Positions 1 to 8,595 of a DNA stretch of 52,609 nucleotides are shown in pieces. The first letter of the stretch is position 1, and every line of letters begins with the position of its first letter. Under the pieces are notes generated by a model that was not told the origin of the DNA, did not search any database, and was given only the letters and a program-made list of their open reading frames with translations. The stretch is taken from contig JABHOV010000052.1 of assembly GCA_018695135.1 (NCBI GenBank), positions 1-52,609 on the forward strand. The letters are read 5' to 3'. This DNA comes from Candidatus Melainabacteria bacterium (GTDB lineage Bacteria > Cyanobacteriota > Vampirovibrionia > LMEP-6097). Both the position numbers and the translations under genes were made by a program.

Positions 1-1
1 T

Positions 2-772
2 AGAGGCTTCAAATCTGGTCTCGGTGACCAAAGCGCACAAATCTTTGGCAAGAAAAATCATTTTAGTTTCATCAAACTAGAACCCAGTCTTGATATCAAC
101 TACCAAGCAATCCCAGAAGATCTTGGGATAATGACAGTCACAAGTTCAATCAAAGCAGATAAAAACCTCAAAGAGTTTCAAGCAGCAAATGAAAACATAG
201 CAGCATATAAATCTATCAACAAAATAGCCGAGAAACACCATTGCAATTTCCTTGGCGATTTACTTTATCACTATGACGAGCCAGTGATCTTTAAAATCCT
301 TGAAGAGATAGAAGATCGTAAATCAAGAGGACTGGCACTCTATGGTTTAGCGGAGGGAGCAAGGGTCAAAGAACTCAAACAAGAGCTTGATGCTGGCAAA
401 TTAGGCAATCATCTCAATCTCTCTCATAGTGCAGAATCCAACTTCAAACAAGAACACGGCAAATGGTGCCCAAGAAGTCAAGAAGACAAAGAAAGATATA
501 AATTCAACACAGAAGAATCACTTGCATCTCATTCAGGCATTTATCACGCCAGCACATTAATTAATGATCAGCTTCAAGACTTTAGTAATAGTTTAGATGG
601 TGTATTTGGAAGCTCAATAAGTGGTGCCGGATTAGGTGGTAGCAACAGTATCATCTGCAAGAAAGCTTACCAGCACCGAATAGAACAAGCTCTAGCAGAG
701 GGTTTTTACCCCCACCAAAAGATCTACATCCACGCCAGTTCTAGTTCATCTGCAGCAAATACCCTCACATAG
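2..772 (+). CDS. GHMP kinase, galactokinase-like (5' truncated by window edge)
   Basis: Frame is open from position 2 (RGFKSGLGDQSAQIFG..., like galactokinase CGIMDQ); C-terminal GSSISGAGLGGS matches GHMP motif III (GxRxxGAGxGG). Confidence 0.7.
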   Translation, partial: RGFKSGLGDQSAQIFGKKNHFSFIKLEPSLDINYQAIPEDLGIMTVTSSIKADKNLKEFQAANENIAAYKSINKIAEKHHCNFLGDLLYHYDEPVIFKILEEIEDRKSRGLALYGLAEGARVKELKQELDAGKLGNHLNLSHSAESNFKQEHGKWCPRSQEDKERYKFNTEESLASHSGIYHASTLINDQLQDFSNSLDGVFGSSISGAGLGGSNSIICKKAYQHRIEQALAEGFYPHQKIYIHASSSSSAANTLT

Positions 773-827
773 TGCTACCTATCTGTTAACAGATAGTTAA
801 TCAAAATCGGGTAAATAATAAATAGAG

Positions 828-1316
828 ATGCAAAGCACCAATTCTTATTTACTACCCACTCTAACCCTTGCTCTATTACTGGCTTTCAGCCCTGCCTTGG
901 CTAGCGACATTAAGAACTACGAAATTCTTGACACGATCAAAATTCCTAACGGAATCAACAAACCAGATTTTGACTTCAAACGAAACAATGAAGTCCCCAT
1001 GGATTCAACTTCATATAAAGTCCTTGAAAGATCCATAAAACGCAAAAGACCCAAAAACAAGAGCTGTAAAAAATTTGGACCTCTTAAATTCGACTTCAAA
1101 GTAAACCCATTTAATTTGAACAGAACAGGTATAGTTTTAGATATCGATATACTAGAATCATTTGATCTATTTGCTAACAAACAAAATATGCAAGAACTTA
1201 AAACCACTATGCAAGCATCAGCTAGTCATAACATCATCAATGATGATGTTAAAGCAAATTACAGTAAAATCAAAACATGGTTGAGTGCTCACAAGGAAAC
1301 TTCAGGACACACTTAA
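828..1316 (+). CDS. hypothetical secreted protein
   Basis: 162 aa ORF with hydrophobic signal peptide ending SPALA; no recognised family. Confidence 0.6.
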   Translation: MQSTNSYLLPTLTLALLLAFSPALASDIKNYEILDTIKIPNGINKPDFDFKRNNEVPMDSTSYKVLERSIKRKRPKNKSCKKFGPLKFDFKVNPFNLNRTGIVLDIDILESFDLFANKQNMQELKTTMQASASHNIINDDVKANYSKIKTWLSAHKETSGHT

Positions 1317-1327
1317 AGCTTAGCTTA

Positions 1328-2164
1328 CTAGTCTTCTAGCAAGCTAGTAACAAATTCAAGGTATCTTGCATCAGCTTTACTAAAGTGCACATCAATATCC
1401 AAGTCTTTGTCTTTTGTTTGGTAATTCAATAAACCATCGTCAAAAATAGAACTTGCAAATTGTTCAAGCACCAGTTTAGCTGGATCAATAAAATTGTAAT
1501 CATTAGTAGACTTAACGCGCAAGTCCCCTTGCTCTTTACTAACGGAACTAGTGCTTAGCACCGTTCCGACCTTTTTTGTGTCGACATCACTAGCAAAACT
1601 TTGTTTTGCAGGATGTCTAGCCTCAACTAAAAAAGAATAATGAGTACAACCGATTATCACATCAGTAATCGCCTCAGGCAAATTCTTTAAATGTGTTTGC
1701 CAATTTGCTTTTGCTTCTTCAAGCTTGCCAGCTTCAATCAATGGCACCAGATCAGTACAAGCAACTGGATGGATATCTACTGACCAGTTTTTATAACGCC
1801 CAGAATCAATAGTTGCTTGAGTTGCAATCAAGGCAACTGGTTTGTCAAATTGATTAGTGGCAAAATATTTAGTCAGCACATCATTCAAACTAATGACCTG
1901 AAAAAAATAATCCACAAAATCAATTTGATCAAGATACATCGAACTAGAATTGCAAGCAGAAACAAGAACATCAACTTGCTTCTCTTGCATAAAGTCCGCA
2001 ATCTCTAGAACATAGCTCTTAAGCTGTTCTGGGCTCTTAGTACCATAAGGAGCCCGTGCTGAATCACCAAAATACACATATGAATACTTTGACCCATACT
2101 TGGCTATGAACTCTTTTAGTACCGAGAGCCCACCTAAACCTGAATCATAAAAGCCAAGCTTCAT
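1328..2164 (-). CDS. murI: glutamate racemase with ~37 aa palindrome-derived insertion
   Basis: DSGLGGLSV, GDSARAPYGTKS, ACNSSS, IGCTHY motifs. Confidence 0.95.
   Translation of the reverse strand: MKLGFYDSGLGGLSVLKEFIAKYGSKYSYVYFGDSARAPYGTKSPEQLKSYVLEIADFMQEKQVDVLVSACNSSSMYLDQIDFVDYFFQVISLNDVLTKYFATNQFDKPVALIATQATIDSGRYKNWSVDIHPVACTDLVPLIEAGKLEEAKANWQTHLKNLPEAITDVIIGCTHYSFLVEARHPAKQSFASDVDTKKVGTVLSTSSVSKEQGDLRVKSTNDYNFIDPAKLVLEQFASSIFDDGLLNYQTKDKDLDIDVHFSKADARYLEFVTSLLED
1507..1619. repeat. RPE-like palindromic element inserted in frame in murI
   Basis: TAGAC...GTCTA ends, internal hairpin CGGAAC-TA-GTGC-TTA-GCAC-C-GTTCCG; encodes RHPAKQSFASDVDTKKVGTVLSTSSVSKEQGDLRVKS. Confidence 0.65.
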
Positions 2165-3789
2165 AAGCCTTCCAGGTATTTAATTATTCCTCGTGCTACT
2201 GATTTTGCTAAATCATTTTGATAGCTTTCTCTCACTAATTTCTTTCTCTCAGCAACATTGGTCATAAAACCAAGTTCTAATAAAACAGAAGGCGCTTTGG
2301 TATATTTTGTCACCCAAAAATTGGCATGTCTAATTCTTTGATCTGGCATTAGTACATCCGTTAAGAGTTGCTTGTGTATCACTGCACCCAACTGCTTTCC
2401 TGTTGAAGAGTAATAATAGGTTTGTAAGCCCTGCATCTCTGGATTAGTAATTAAAGCATTGACATGAATCGAAACAAAAATCTTAGGGTCTACAGCATTG
2501 GTTACTTCAACTCTTTCAGCTAGTGAAATGAATCTATCCTCGGATCTCACCATATAGACATTAATTCCAGCAGCAGCCAAGTATTCCTGAACCTTGCGGG
2601 TAATATCAAGGGTGATGTCCTTTTCGTTGTAACCACCATAAACAGCACCAGAATCATAACCACCATGCCCAGCGTCCAAGACCACTACCGTACCAGCACT
2701 TTTTTGGGCAGCTTCAATTTCAACACCACCCTTGACTTTATCAGGAGAAACTCCAATCATTCTAATCAAAAGAGTTTTAGAGCCATTCGATTCCTTGAAT
2801 TCCTCAATAACATTCTTGGTTTTCATATCAAAAACAATTCTTGTCACAGGCTTTCCTAGGGTAGCTAAACCAAAACGCAAGTCTTGAACAAATTCAGTCT
2901 CCGGTAGTTGTTCCGCACCAAGCGCATCGTCGTAATCTAAACCGATCAAATCTACTACTAAGCGTTCCGGATTATGCAATTTCAAGAATTTGTAATCAAG
3001 CTTCTTTGAAGACTCAACAGCATAAACTACTTCTTCTTTAGAGTTGCGGTGTAACTTAATTGACAAAACTTTGTTATCCGCTCTAAAACCTTCGCTGTTT
3101 TCTTTGCCTTCACCCAAAACCAAAACTTGTTTTTCATTATTGCTAATGCGAACTTCTCTATTATGAGTATCTCTACCAGTAAAAACAACTCTAACAATTG
3201 AAGAATCAAATTGTGTAACTCTCATTTCTTCAGTGCCATTTTGATATGTTTTTTCCTGACTTGTACTTTTCAGCCTCGCGCCAATCAGGTCTAGTACCAG
3301 CCTTTCAGGGTTGTCCAACATGATTGACCTTGGTACTAAGGAACCATCAGCGGTGATACGCATATTACCATCTTCAAAACCAAAATCTTGAATTACCACA
3401 TCTTTGATTGCATATCTGAAAAACAATGTCTTTCCAATGTTTTCAATATTTACTTTTTCAAGTGCCGTTAGTGTAGTTGCTTCTGTAACAACTCTCACGG
3501 TATCAGCATCAAACTGAGCAACCCTTGCCCTCGTAATATCCAAACCAGTTGGTAAGTTATAAACAAAGCTCTTATTACCTAAATGTGCATCAAGAATATC
3601 AAAAACCAATCTTGGTGGATTTTCATAAATTCTTTTTTTAAATTTTAAATCACTAGCAGAATCATGATTCACTTCAAGAACCGTATTTCTGAGTGTAATT
3701 TCTTTGATTTCAATTTGCTTAGCAGTTGCAGCTAAACTGGCAAAACAAAAAGCCAAACAGATAATCAGATATCTAAAAATACAAGACAT
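2161..3789 (-). CDS. N-acetylmuramoyl-L-alanine amidase (Amidase_3) with three AMIN domains
   Basis: Repeated NPPRLVFD/NPERLVLD/NPERLVVD AMIN motifs; LDAGHGG, FVSIHVNA, LLELGFMTN; signal peptide favours ATG at 3789 over 3852. Confidence 0.92.
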   Translation of the reverse strand: MSCIFRYLIICLAFCFASLAATAKQIEIKEITLRNTVLEVNHDSASDLKFKKRIYENPPRLVFDILDAHLGNKSFVYNLPTGLDITRARVAQFDADTVRVVTEATTLTALEKVNIENIGKTLFFRYAIKDVVIQDFGFEDGNMRITADGSLVPRSIMLDNPERLVLDLIGARLKSTSQEKTYQNGTEEMRVTQFDSSIVRVVFTGRDTHNREVRISNNEKQVLVLGEGKENSEGFRADNKVLSIKLHRNSKEEVVYAVESSKKLDYKFLKLHNPERLVVDLIGLDYDDALGAEQLPETEFVQDLRFGLATLGKPVTRIVFDMKTKNVIEEFKESNGSKTLLIRMIGVSPDKVKGGVEIEAAQKSAGTVVVLDAGHGGYDSGAVYGGYNEKDITLDITRKVQEYLAAAGINVYMVRSEDRFISLAERVEVTNAVDPKIFVSIHVNALITNPEMQGLQTYYYSSTGKQLGAVIHKQLLTDVLMPDQRIRHANFWVTKYTKAPSVLLELGFMTNVAERKKLVRESYQNDLAKSVARGIIKYLEGL

Positions 3790-3873
3790 TGCACTAATAT
3801 TAAAGCAAATACCCAGGCTTAGCAAATATGTATTTCGTGCTTCGGGCGTCATACATATGCTATAAAATTAGTA

Positions 3874-4941
3874 ATGGCTAAGATATATAAAGTAGGCATT
3901 TTAGGCAGCACCGGCTATACCGGGGCTACTTTAACCGGATTACTGGCTAAACACCCCAATATAGAGATTGTTTTCCTCGCTTCCCAGCAATATGCCGGAC
4001 AGAAATTCTCCACTATCTATAGTGAATATAGAGGCTTAGTCGATATCGAGTGCAGCAATATTGATGATGAAGCAATTCTTAATTTAAACAAAGACGAGAT
4101 TGACTTAGTCTTTTTTGCAACTCCCAATGGAATTGCCCACAAACATGTACCTGGTCTAATTGCAAAGTCAATCCATTGTATAGACCTTAGTGCTGACTAC
4201 AGGTTCAAGGATTTAGATTTATACACTAAGTGGTACGGCTTCAAGCGTCAAGACCAAGCGACTAATGCCCAAGCAATTTATGGTTTAGTTGAATATAATC
4301 GCGAGGCAATTAAAAAAGCAGCCAAATCACAAACTATGATCATCGGCAATCCCGGTTGCTACACCACTTCTTCAATACTAGCGCTCGCTCCGATACTTGA
4401 AGCAATGGCAGATTCCATAGACACTAAATCAATCATCGTTGACGGCAAATCTGCAATCAGCGGAGCTGGACGCAAAGCTGCAACCAACTTGCTATTTTCT
4501 GAGATCAATGAATCCTGCTCGCCATACAAGCTAGCCAATCAGCACAGACACGGTCCTGAGCTTGAAACTTTCTTTTCAGAGATTAGCGGCAAAGAAATTC
4601 AGCTTAGTTTTTCTCCGCATCTAGTGCCAATGTCAGTGGGGCTCTTGACCACTTGCTATATTCAATTTACTAAAGAAACAACTGAAGCCGACTTGCGCAA
4701 GCTCTATGAAACCAGATACGCAGCTGAACAATTCATCAAACTACTGGAACCTGAACTCTACCCACAAACCAAATGGGCAGTTGGCACTAATCAAGCATTT
4801 ATTCAAATCAACTACGATCCAAGACTCAAGCGCGCCACCATCACTTGTGCAATTGATAATCTAATGAAAGGTGCAGCCGGGCAGGCTCTGCAGAATATGA
4901 ACTTAGTTTTTGGTTTAAAAGAAAATATTGGCTTGAATTAA
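3874..4941 (+). CDS. argC: N-acetyl-gamma-glutamyl-phosphate reductase
   Basis: GSTGYTG, IDLSADYR, GNPGCY, SGAGR, HRHGPE, IDNLMKGAAGQA. Confidence 0.97.
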   Translation: MAKIYKVGILGSTGYTGATLTGLLAKHPNIEIVFLASQQYAGQKFSTIYSEYRGLVDIECSNIDDEAILNLNKDEIDLVFFATPNGIAHKHVPGLIAKSIHCIDLSADYRFKDLDLYTKWYGFKRQDQATNAQAIYGLVEYNREAIKKAAKSQTMIIGNPGCYTTSSILALAPILEAMADSIDTKSIIVDGKSAISGAGRKAATNLLFSEINESCSPYKLANQHRHGPELETFFSEISGKEIQLSFSPHLVPMSVGLLTTCYIQFTKETTEADLRKLYETRYAAEQFIKLLEPELYPQTKWAVGTNQAFIQINYDPRLKRATITCAIDNLMKGAAGQALQNMNLVFGLKENIGLN

Positions 4942-5756
4942 CTTAATAAAAACAATTCAGCCAAAACTAATTGCGGTCTTACCGAACTCTTCAAACTACT
5001 AATTGCTTTTTCATATTGCAAAACTAAATCAGCTTGTGCTAAATCAGCACTATTACTAAAATCATTTTGCAATATTTGCAAGGCACCAACAAGATCTTTA
5101 TTCTCGCGACTAGAAATTTCTTCTGCTTTCATTAGTTGTGCCAAACGTGAGCTCGCATTATTTGACCCGAAGAATTCACGAAGCTCGTCACTAAGCTCGC
5201 GAGCAGCTTCAGTAAATTCTTTATCAGAGTTGTTATTCAAGGCAAGCACTTGAGACCTACTTACTATAGTAGAAAGCACAGATGAGCGTGATTCAGCAAA
5301 AAGCATAAACAAAGTACCCTCTCTTGCTTCTTCTATTGTTTTTAATAATGCAGCTGATGAATTTGGATTCAAAACTGCCGATGAGGCATCTTCTATAATT
5401 ACAATTCTAAAAAACTCAGAGCTTTGTGACAACTCCCCCTGAAGTTCTCTAATTTGATCTACTTTGATTACATGTGTCTTGCTTTCAGCATCCGGTCTTA
5501 AATAAATTGGTGTCCGAGGATGTGTAGCTAGCTCTATCCACCTACAACTTTGGCAAGTTCCACAAGCCGCTCGTAAAACTAGGTCTTTATTAGCAGAACA
5601 ATTCAAAACCATATTCATCTGTTTGACTAACTGATGCTTGGAGCCAAGATCACGCCCAGTAAGCAAGTAAGACCTAGCTAAATGATCTTTAGTTAAGCTC
5701 TGGTTAAAAAATTCCGTGACGAATTTGTGTTCTTTTATATCTATTAATTCTGCCAT
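4938..5756 (-). CDS. holB: DNA polymerase III delta-prime subunit
   Basis: Zn module C...CGTCQSC, IKVDQIREL, AALLKTIEE, TIVSRS; likely start MAELID at 5756. Confidence 0.85.
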   Translation of the reverse strand: MAELIDIKEHKFVTEFFNQSLTKDHLARSYLLTGRDLGSKHQLVKQMNMVLNCSANKDLVLRAACGTCQSCRWIELATHPRTPIYLRPDAESKTHVIKVDQIRELQGELSQSSEFFRIVIIEDASSAVLNPNSSAALLKTIEEAREGTLFMLFAESRSSVLSTIVSRSQVLALNNNSDKEFTEAARELSDELREFFGSNNASSRLAQLMKAEEISSRENKDLVGALQILQNDFSNSADLAQADLVLQYEKAISSLKSSVRPQLVLAELFLLS

Positions 5757-5907
5757 TATGAGTAATGAAACAACGCTTAATGCATATCCAATTAAAACGT
5801 AGCTCTTAATGACAATAATAGCAAGTTCCACCAGATGGGCTAATATTAAAAGAATTTCATCTCCCTTAACAAATCCATAACCCTGTTATGCATTTATTCA
5901 TTTGTAC

Positions 5908-5934
5908 TAATCAATTAGCAAATAAAGCCGATAG
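5908..5934 (+). promoter_or_regulatory. putative sigma28 (FliA/SigD-type) promoter
   Basis: TAAT-N15-GCCGATAG versus consensus TAAA-N15-GCCGATAA, upstream of the 6052 ORF. Confidence 0.6.
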
Positions 5935-6051
5935 ATAAGTACAGAGAATAGTTTGCTTAGGAGACAGTCGATGTTTCTAGCAGTAGTTAAAATCTCAAAG
6001 ACCCATCTAGGGCCCAAGAGCCAATAACACCAAAACAAAGGAGAACAGATT

Positions 6052-6828
6052 ATGTCATTAACAGGACGCAATCCAACTATAAGATTATCGATCATTAGAT
6101 CGCAAATCGACAAACAACAACAAGTAATAGCTTTACTTGAAAACAGATTACAAGAGGCAATCCTCGGTGGTACTGATGTAGGTGATATCTACGGAGATCA
6201 GGATCTCGACGGAGGTTTAGGCGAAATCGCACAAATCTACGGAGATAATGGAACCATCGATTCTAAATATGGCTATGTGCCAGATCCAGCAACAGGTGCC
6301 GCAACAACAGAAATAAAGCAATTGAATACAGCTACTGGACTAACAGAATCAGTTAACGAAGACGTTAACTTAACAAACGTTCGTATAGACAGAGCAGCAG
6401 CAACTGGAGATCCGGTTCAAGGTATATATCAGTTCTTTGATCCTGATGGTGAAGTCAATGTTGAAGAATATGCAAGATACCAACAAGATTATGCAATAGC
6501 TTATGGTGGAGCATTACTGGATCCAAGTGATGATACTTCATTCAGAGACGCTCCAGCAGGCAGAGCGGACTCGCAAGGTCTTAACGCTGCAGAGTTATTA
6601 CCAACATATACTGGACTCACTGGTGCAATGCACAAGGGTGTTCTTGACTTCCAGCAAGTTGATGGTGCCGGCACTCCACTTCCATTGGAGCAAGATGGTA
6701 TTAGACAACTACTTTATCAAGCGAGAGCATTGATGGGTGAACTTAGAGTTGAAGAGCAACATTGGAATGCTGAAGTAAACGAAGAGAAATCTAGACGTAA
6801 AGAATTAATTGACTTTACCAAAGGATAG
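6052..6828 (+). CDS. hypothetical protein with coiled-coil termini and acidic Gly/Asp/Thr-rich core
   Basis: Strong SD (AAAGGAGA), own promoter and terminator, 258 aa. Confidence 0.8.
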   Translation: MSLTGRNPTIRLSIIRSQIDKQQQVIALLENRLQEAILGGTDVGDIYGDQDLDGGLGEIAQIYGDNGTIDSKYGYVPDPATGAATTEIKQLNTATGLTESVNEDVNLTNVRIDRAAATGDPVQGIYQFFDPDGEVNVEEYARYQQDYAIAYGGALLDPSDDTSFRDAPAGRADSQGLNAAELLPTYTGLTGAMHKGVLDFQQVDGAGTPLPLEQDGIRQLLYQARALMGELRVEEQHWNAEVNEEKSRRKELIDFTKG

Positions 6829-6845
6829 AAATTAATACAAAAAAA

Positions 6846-6884
6846 TATCGAGGCCAAGTTTTGTACTAGCCTCGATTTTTTTTT
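6846..6884 (+). terminator. intrinsic terminator (possibly bidirectional)
   Basis: ATCGAGGC/GCCTCGAT stem followed by a T tract and preceded by an A tract. Confidence 0.8.
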
Positions 6885-6901
6885 GTACTCGATAAAACAA
6901 A

Positions 6902-6987
6902 CGTCATTGCGAGGGAATGAAATGACCGAAGCAATCTAGTGGATAGTTTTTAGATTGCCGCGCTGCATTCTGCAGCTCGCAATGACG
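6902..6987. repeat. CGTC-type REP-like inverted dimer, intergenic
   Basis: CGTCATTGCGAG...GAAGCAATCTA / TAGATTGCCGCG...CTCGCAATGACG. Confidence 0.92.
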
Positions 6988-7031
6988 ATTTTGTAAGGCT
7001 TCACCATACTTCAAAAAACTTATCTGCTTTA

Positions 7032-8330
7032 CTAAACCATTCCAGCATCACCTATATTAGGTTCAAAGTACTTAGACGGCAAAGTGATTTTACCAGCTAA
7101 TTTATAAGCAAGAATTTGTGCGTCTAGTAGGTTATCAGCGACTGCAGTCGCTCCAAAGATCTCAGATTCTTTATCGTGAGCTTCTTTAGAGCCAGTGAGA
7201 CCGTAGAAGACTAGTGGTAGACCAGAAAAACTCTCACTGATTTCACCAAGTTGCTTATTAATAGAATCCAAAGCACCGAGGTTCTGCCTATAACCCGCTA
7301 CACTGTCAGCGGTAACAACATTGACCGATAAAGCAGAGCCCAAGAACTTGTGAAGTCCTTCTTTATAAAAGCTAAGATCAAGGTTTGCTGATGCCATAAA
7401 CAATTCAAACAGATCTTCATCGAGTAGCGGCAAAATCACCTGCGCGTCAGAGTCAGCAAAACAAGTTCGGTATTGAAGTAGTTTGGGTTTATTTTTGTCT
7501 CTTGAATCTAAGACAATGTCAAAAGCCAGTAAACCAGAATAAGTTCTTCCTTCTTTAGCCATTGCAGCCAAAGTCGGATCTATAATTTCATTGCGAATTT
7601 GCATCATTAGATCAGGAGTCAAAACAGGTGTAGGTGCGTAAGCCCCCATATCTTGATATGAATCTAATTCATTTTCTTCTCTATAAGCTTGCACCGGCAA
7701 CAAAGACAGAGCCCTAGTACCGTCACAGACAGTGTTGATACTCAGCTTGGGACCTTCCAGAACCTCCTCAAAAATAACTTTGGAACTAGTTCTTGATAGA
7801 AAACGATTCTTGAACATACTCTTAATGACTTTATTTGCTTCAACAATGTCGCAAGCAACCCTTGCTGGTTTAGTTGTTTCAAATTCTTTATCAGCACAAA
7901 TTCTCAGTGGGTAACTTGCTCTTTCCAAAAAGGCTTCAGCTACAGCTTGATTATCAAAACAGACAAAACGTGGACCAGGTATCTCATTACGATAAATAAA
8001 ATCTCTTGCAAAAGCGTTTGAAGACTCAATTTCAGCAGCAGCCTGGGTCGGACCCATAATTAACTTATTGTTGGCTCTAAAGAGATCGACAATTCCCATT
8101 GTAAATAATCGAGAGTCACCTATTATTGTCAGATTAATATTGCGCGCAATAGCAATCTCTAATAATCTATCTATGTCATTAGTATCAACATCAACACATT
8201 CAGCAAGCTTGGCAAGCGCCTGATTACCGGGCGCAGCAACTATTTCTATATCACTAAATTTCTCAGAAGCTAATAGCTTCCAGATCATCGCATGTTCTTT
8301 TGAGCCGGAGCCTATGATGAGGAGTTTCAC
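7032..8330 (-). CDS. phosphoribosylamine-glycine ligase (PurD)-like protein with degenerate active-site motifs
   Basis: IGSGSKEHA, APGN, GPTQAAAEIESS, MGAYAP give the PurD fold, but KADGLAAGKG, QDHKR and EFNxRFGDPE are replaced. Confidence 0.8.
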   Translation of the reverse strand: MKLLIIGSGSKEHAMIWKLLASEKFSDIEIVAAPGNQALAKLAECVDVDTNDIDRLLEIAIARNINLTIIGDSRLFTMGIVDLFRANNKLIMGPTQAAAEIESSNAFARDFIYRNEIPGPRFVCFDNQAVAEAFLERASYPLRICADKEFETTKPARVACDIVEANKVIKSMFKNRFLSRTSSKVIFEEVLEGPKLSINTVCDGTRALSLLPVQAYREENELDSYQDMGAYAPTPVLTPDLMMQIRNEIIDPTLAAMAKEGRTYSGLLAFDIVLDSRDKNKPKLLQYRTCFADSDAQVILPLLDEDLFELFMASANLDLSFYKEGLHKFLGSALSVNVVTADSVAGYRQNLGALDSINKQLGEISESFSGLPLVFYGLTGSKEAHDKESEIFGATAVADNLLDAQILAYKLAGKITLPSKYFEPNIGDAGMV

Positions 8331-8350
8331 TTAGCTATTATCTCATGATA

Positions 8351-8574
8351 GTAGAAAAGCAGCAAGCTGCTGTTCTACGGTGGCGCTCACTTTGTTCGCT
8401 GGTTGCGCTTGCCTTTCAGGCTCGCTGGTTGCGGCACTTCGTGCCTGCCTCTTGTGTCAAAAGTCTTAGATTGTTCTCTTTTATGTTAGAAGCAGGACGT
8501 GAAACGTCCGCAACCAGGGAGCAAAGCGACCACAGCCAGCGAACAAAGTGAGCGCAACCGTCCTCGAAGAGGAC
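8351..8574. repeat. nested modular palindromic element between divergent genes
   Basis: Long imperfect inverted repeat 8377-8561 built from CAACCAG-NGA-hairpin modules; flanking hairpins 8351-8378 and GTCCTC-GAA-GAGGAC. Confidence 0.85.
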
Positions 8575-8595
8575 ACTAGCTATATAATAAAACTA

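Noticed and set aside
8345-8551. 68 aa ORF between purD-like gene and the fusion gene
   Set aside because: Lies entirely within the palindromic element; no SD or protein features
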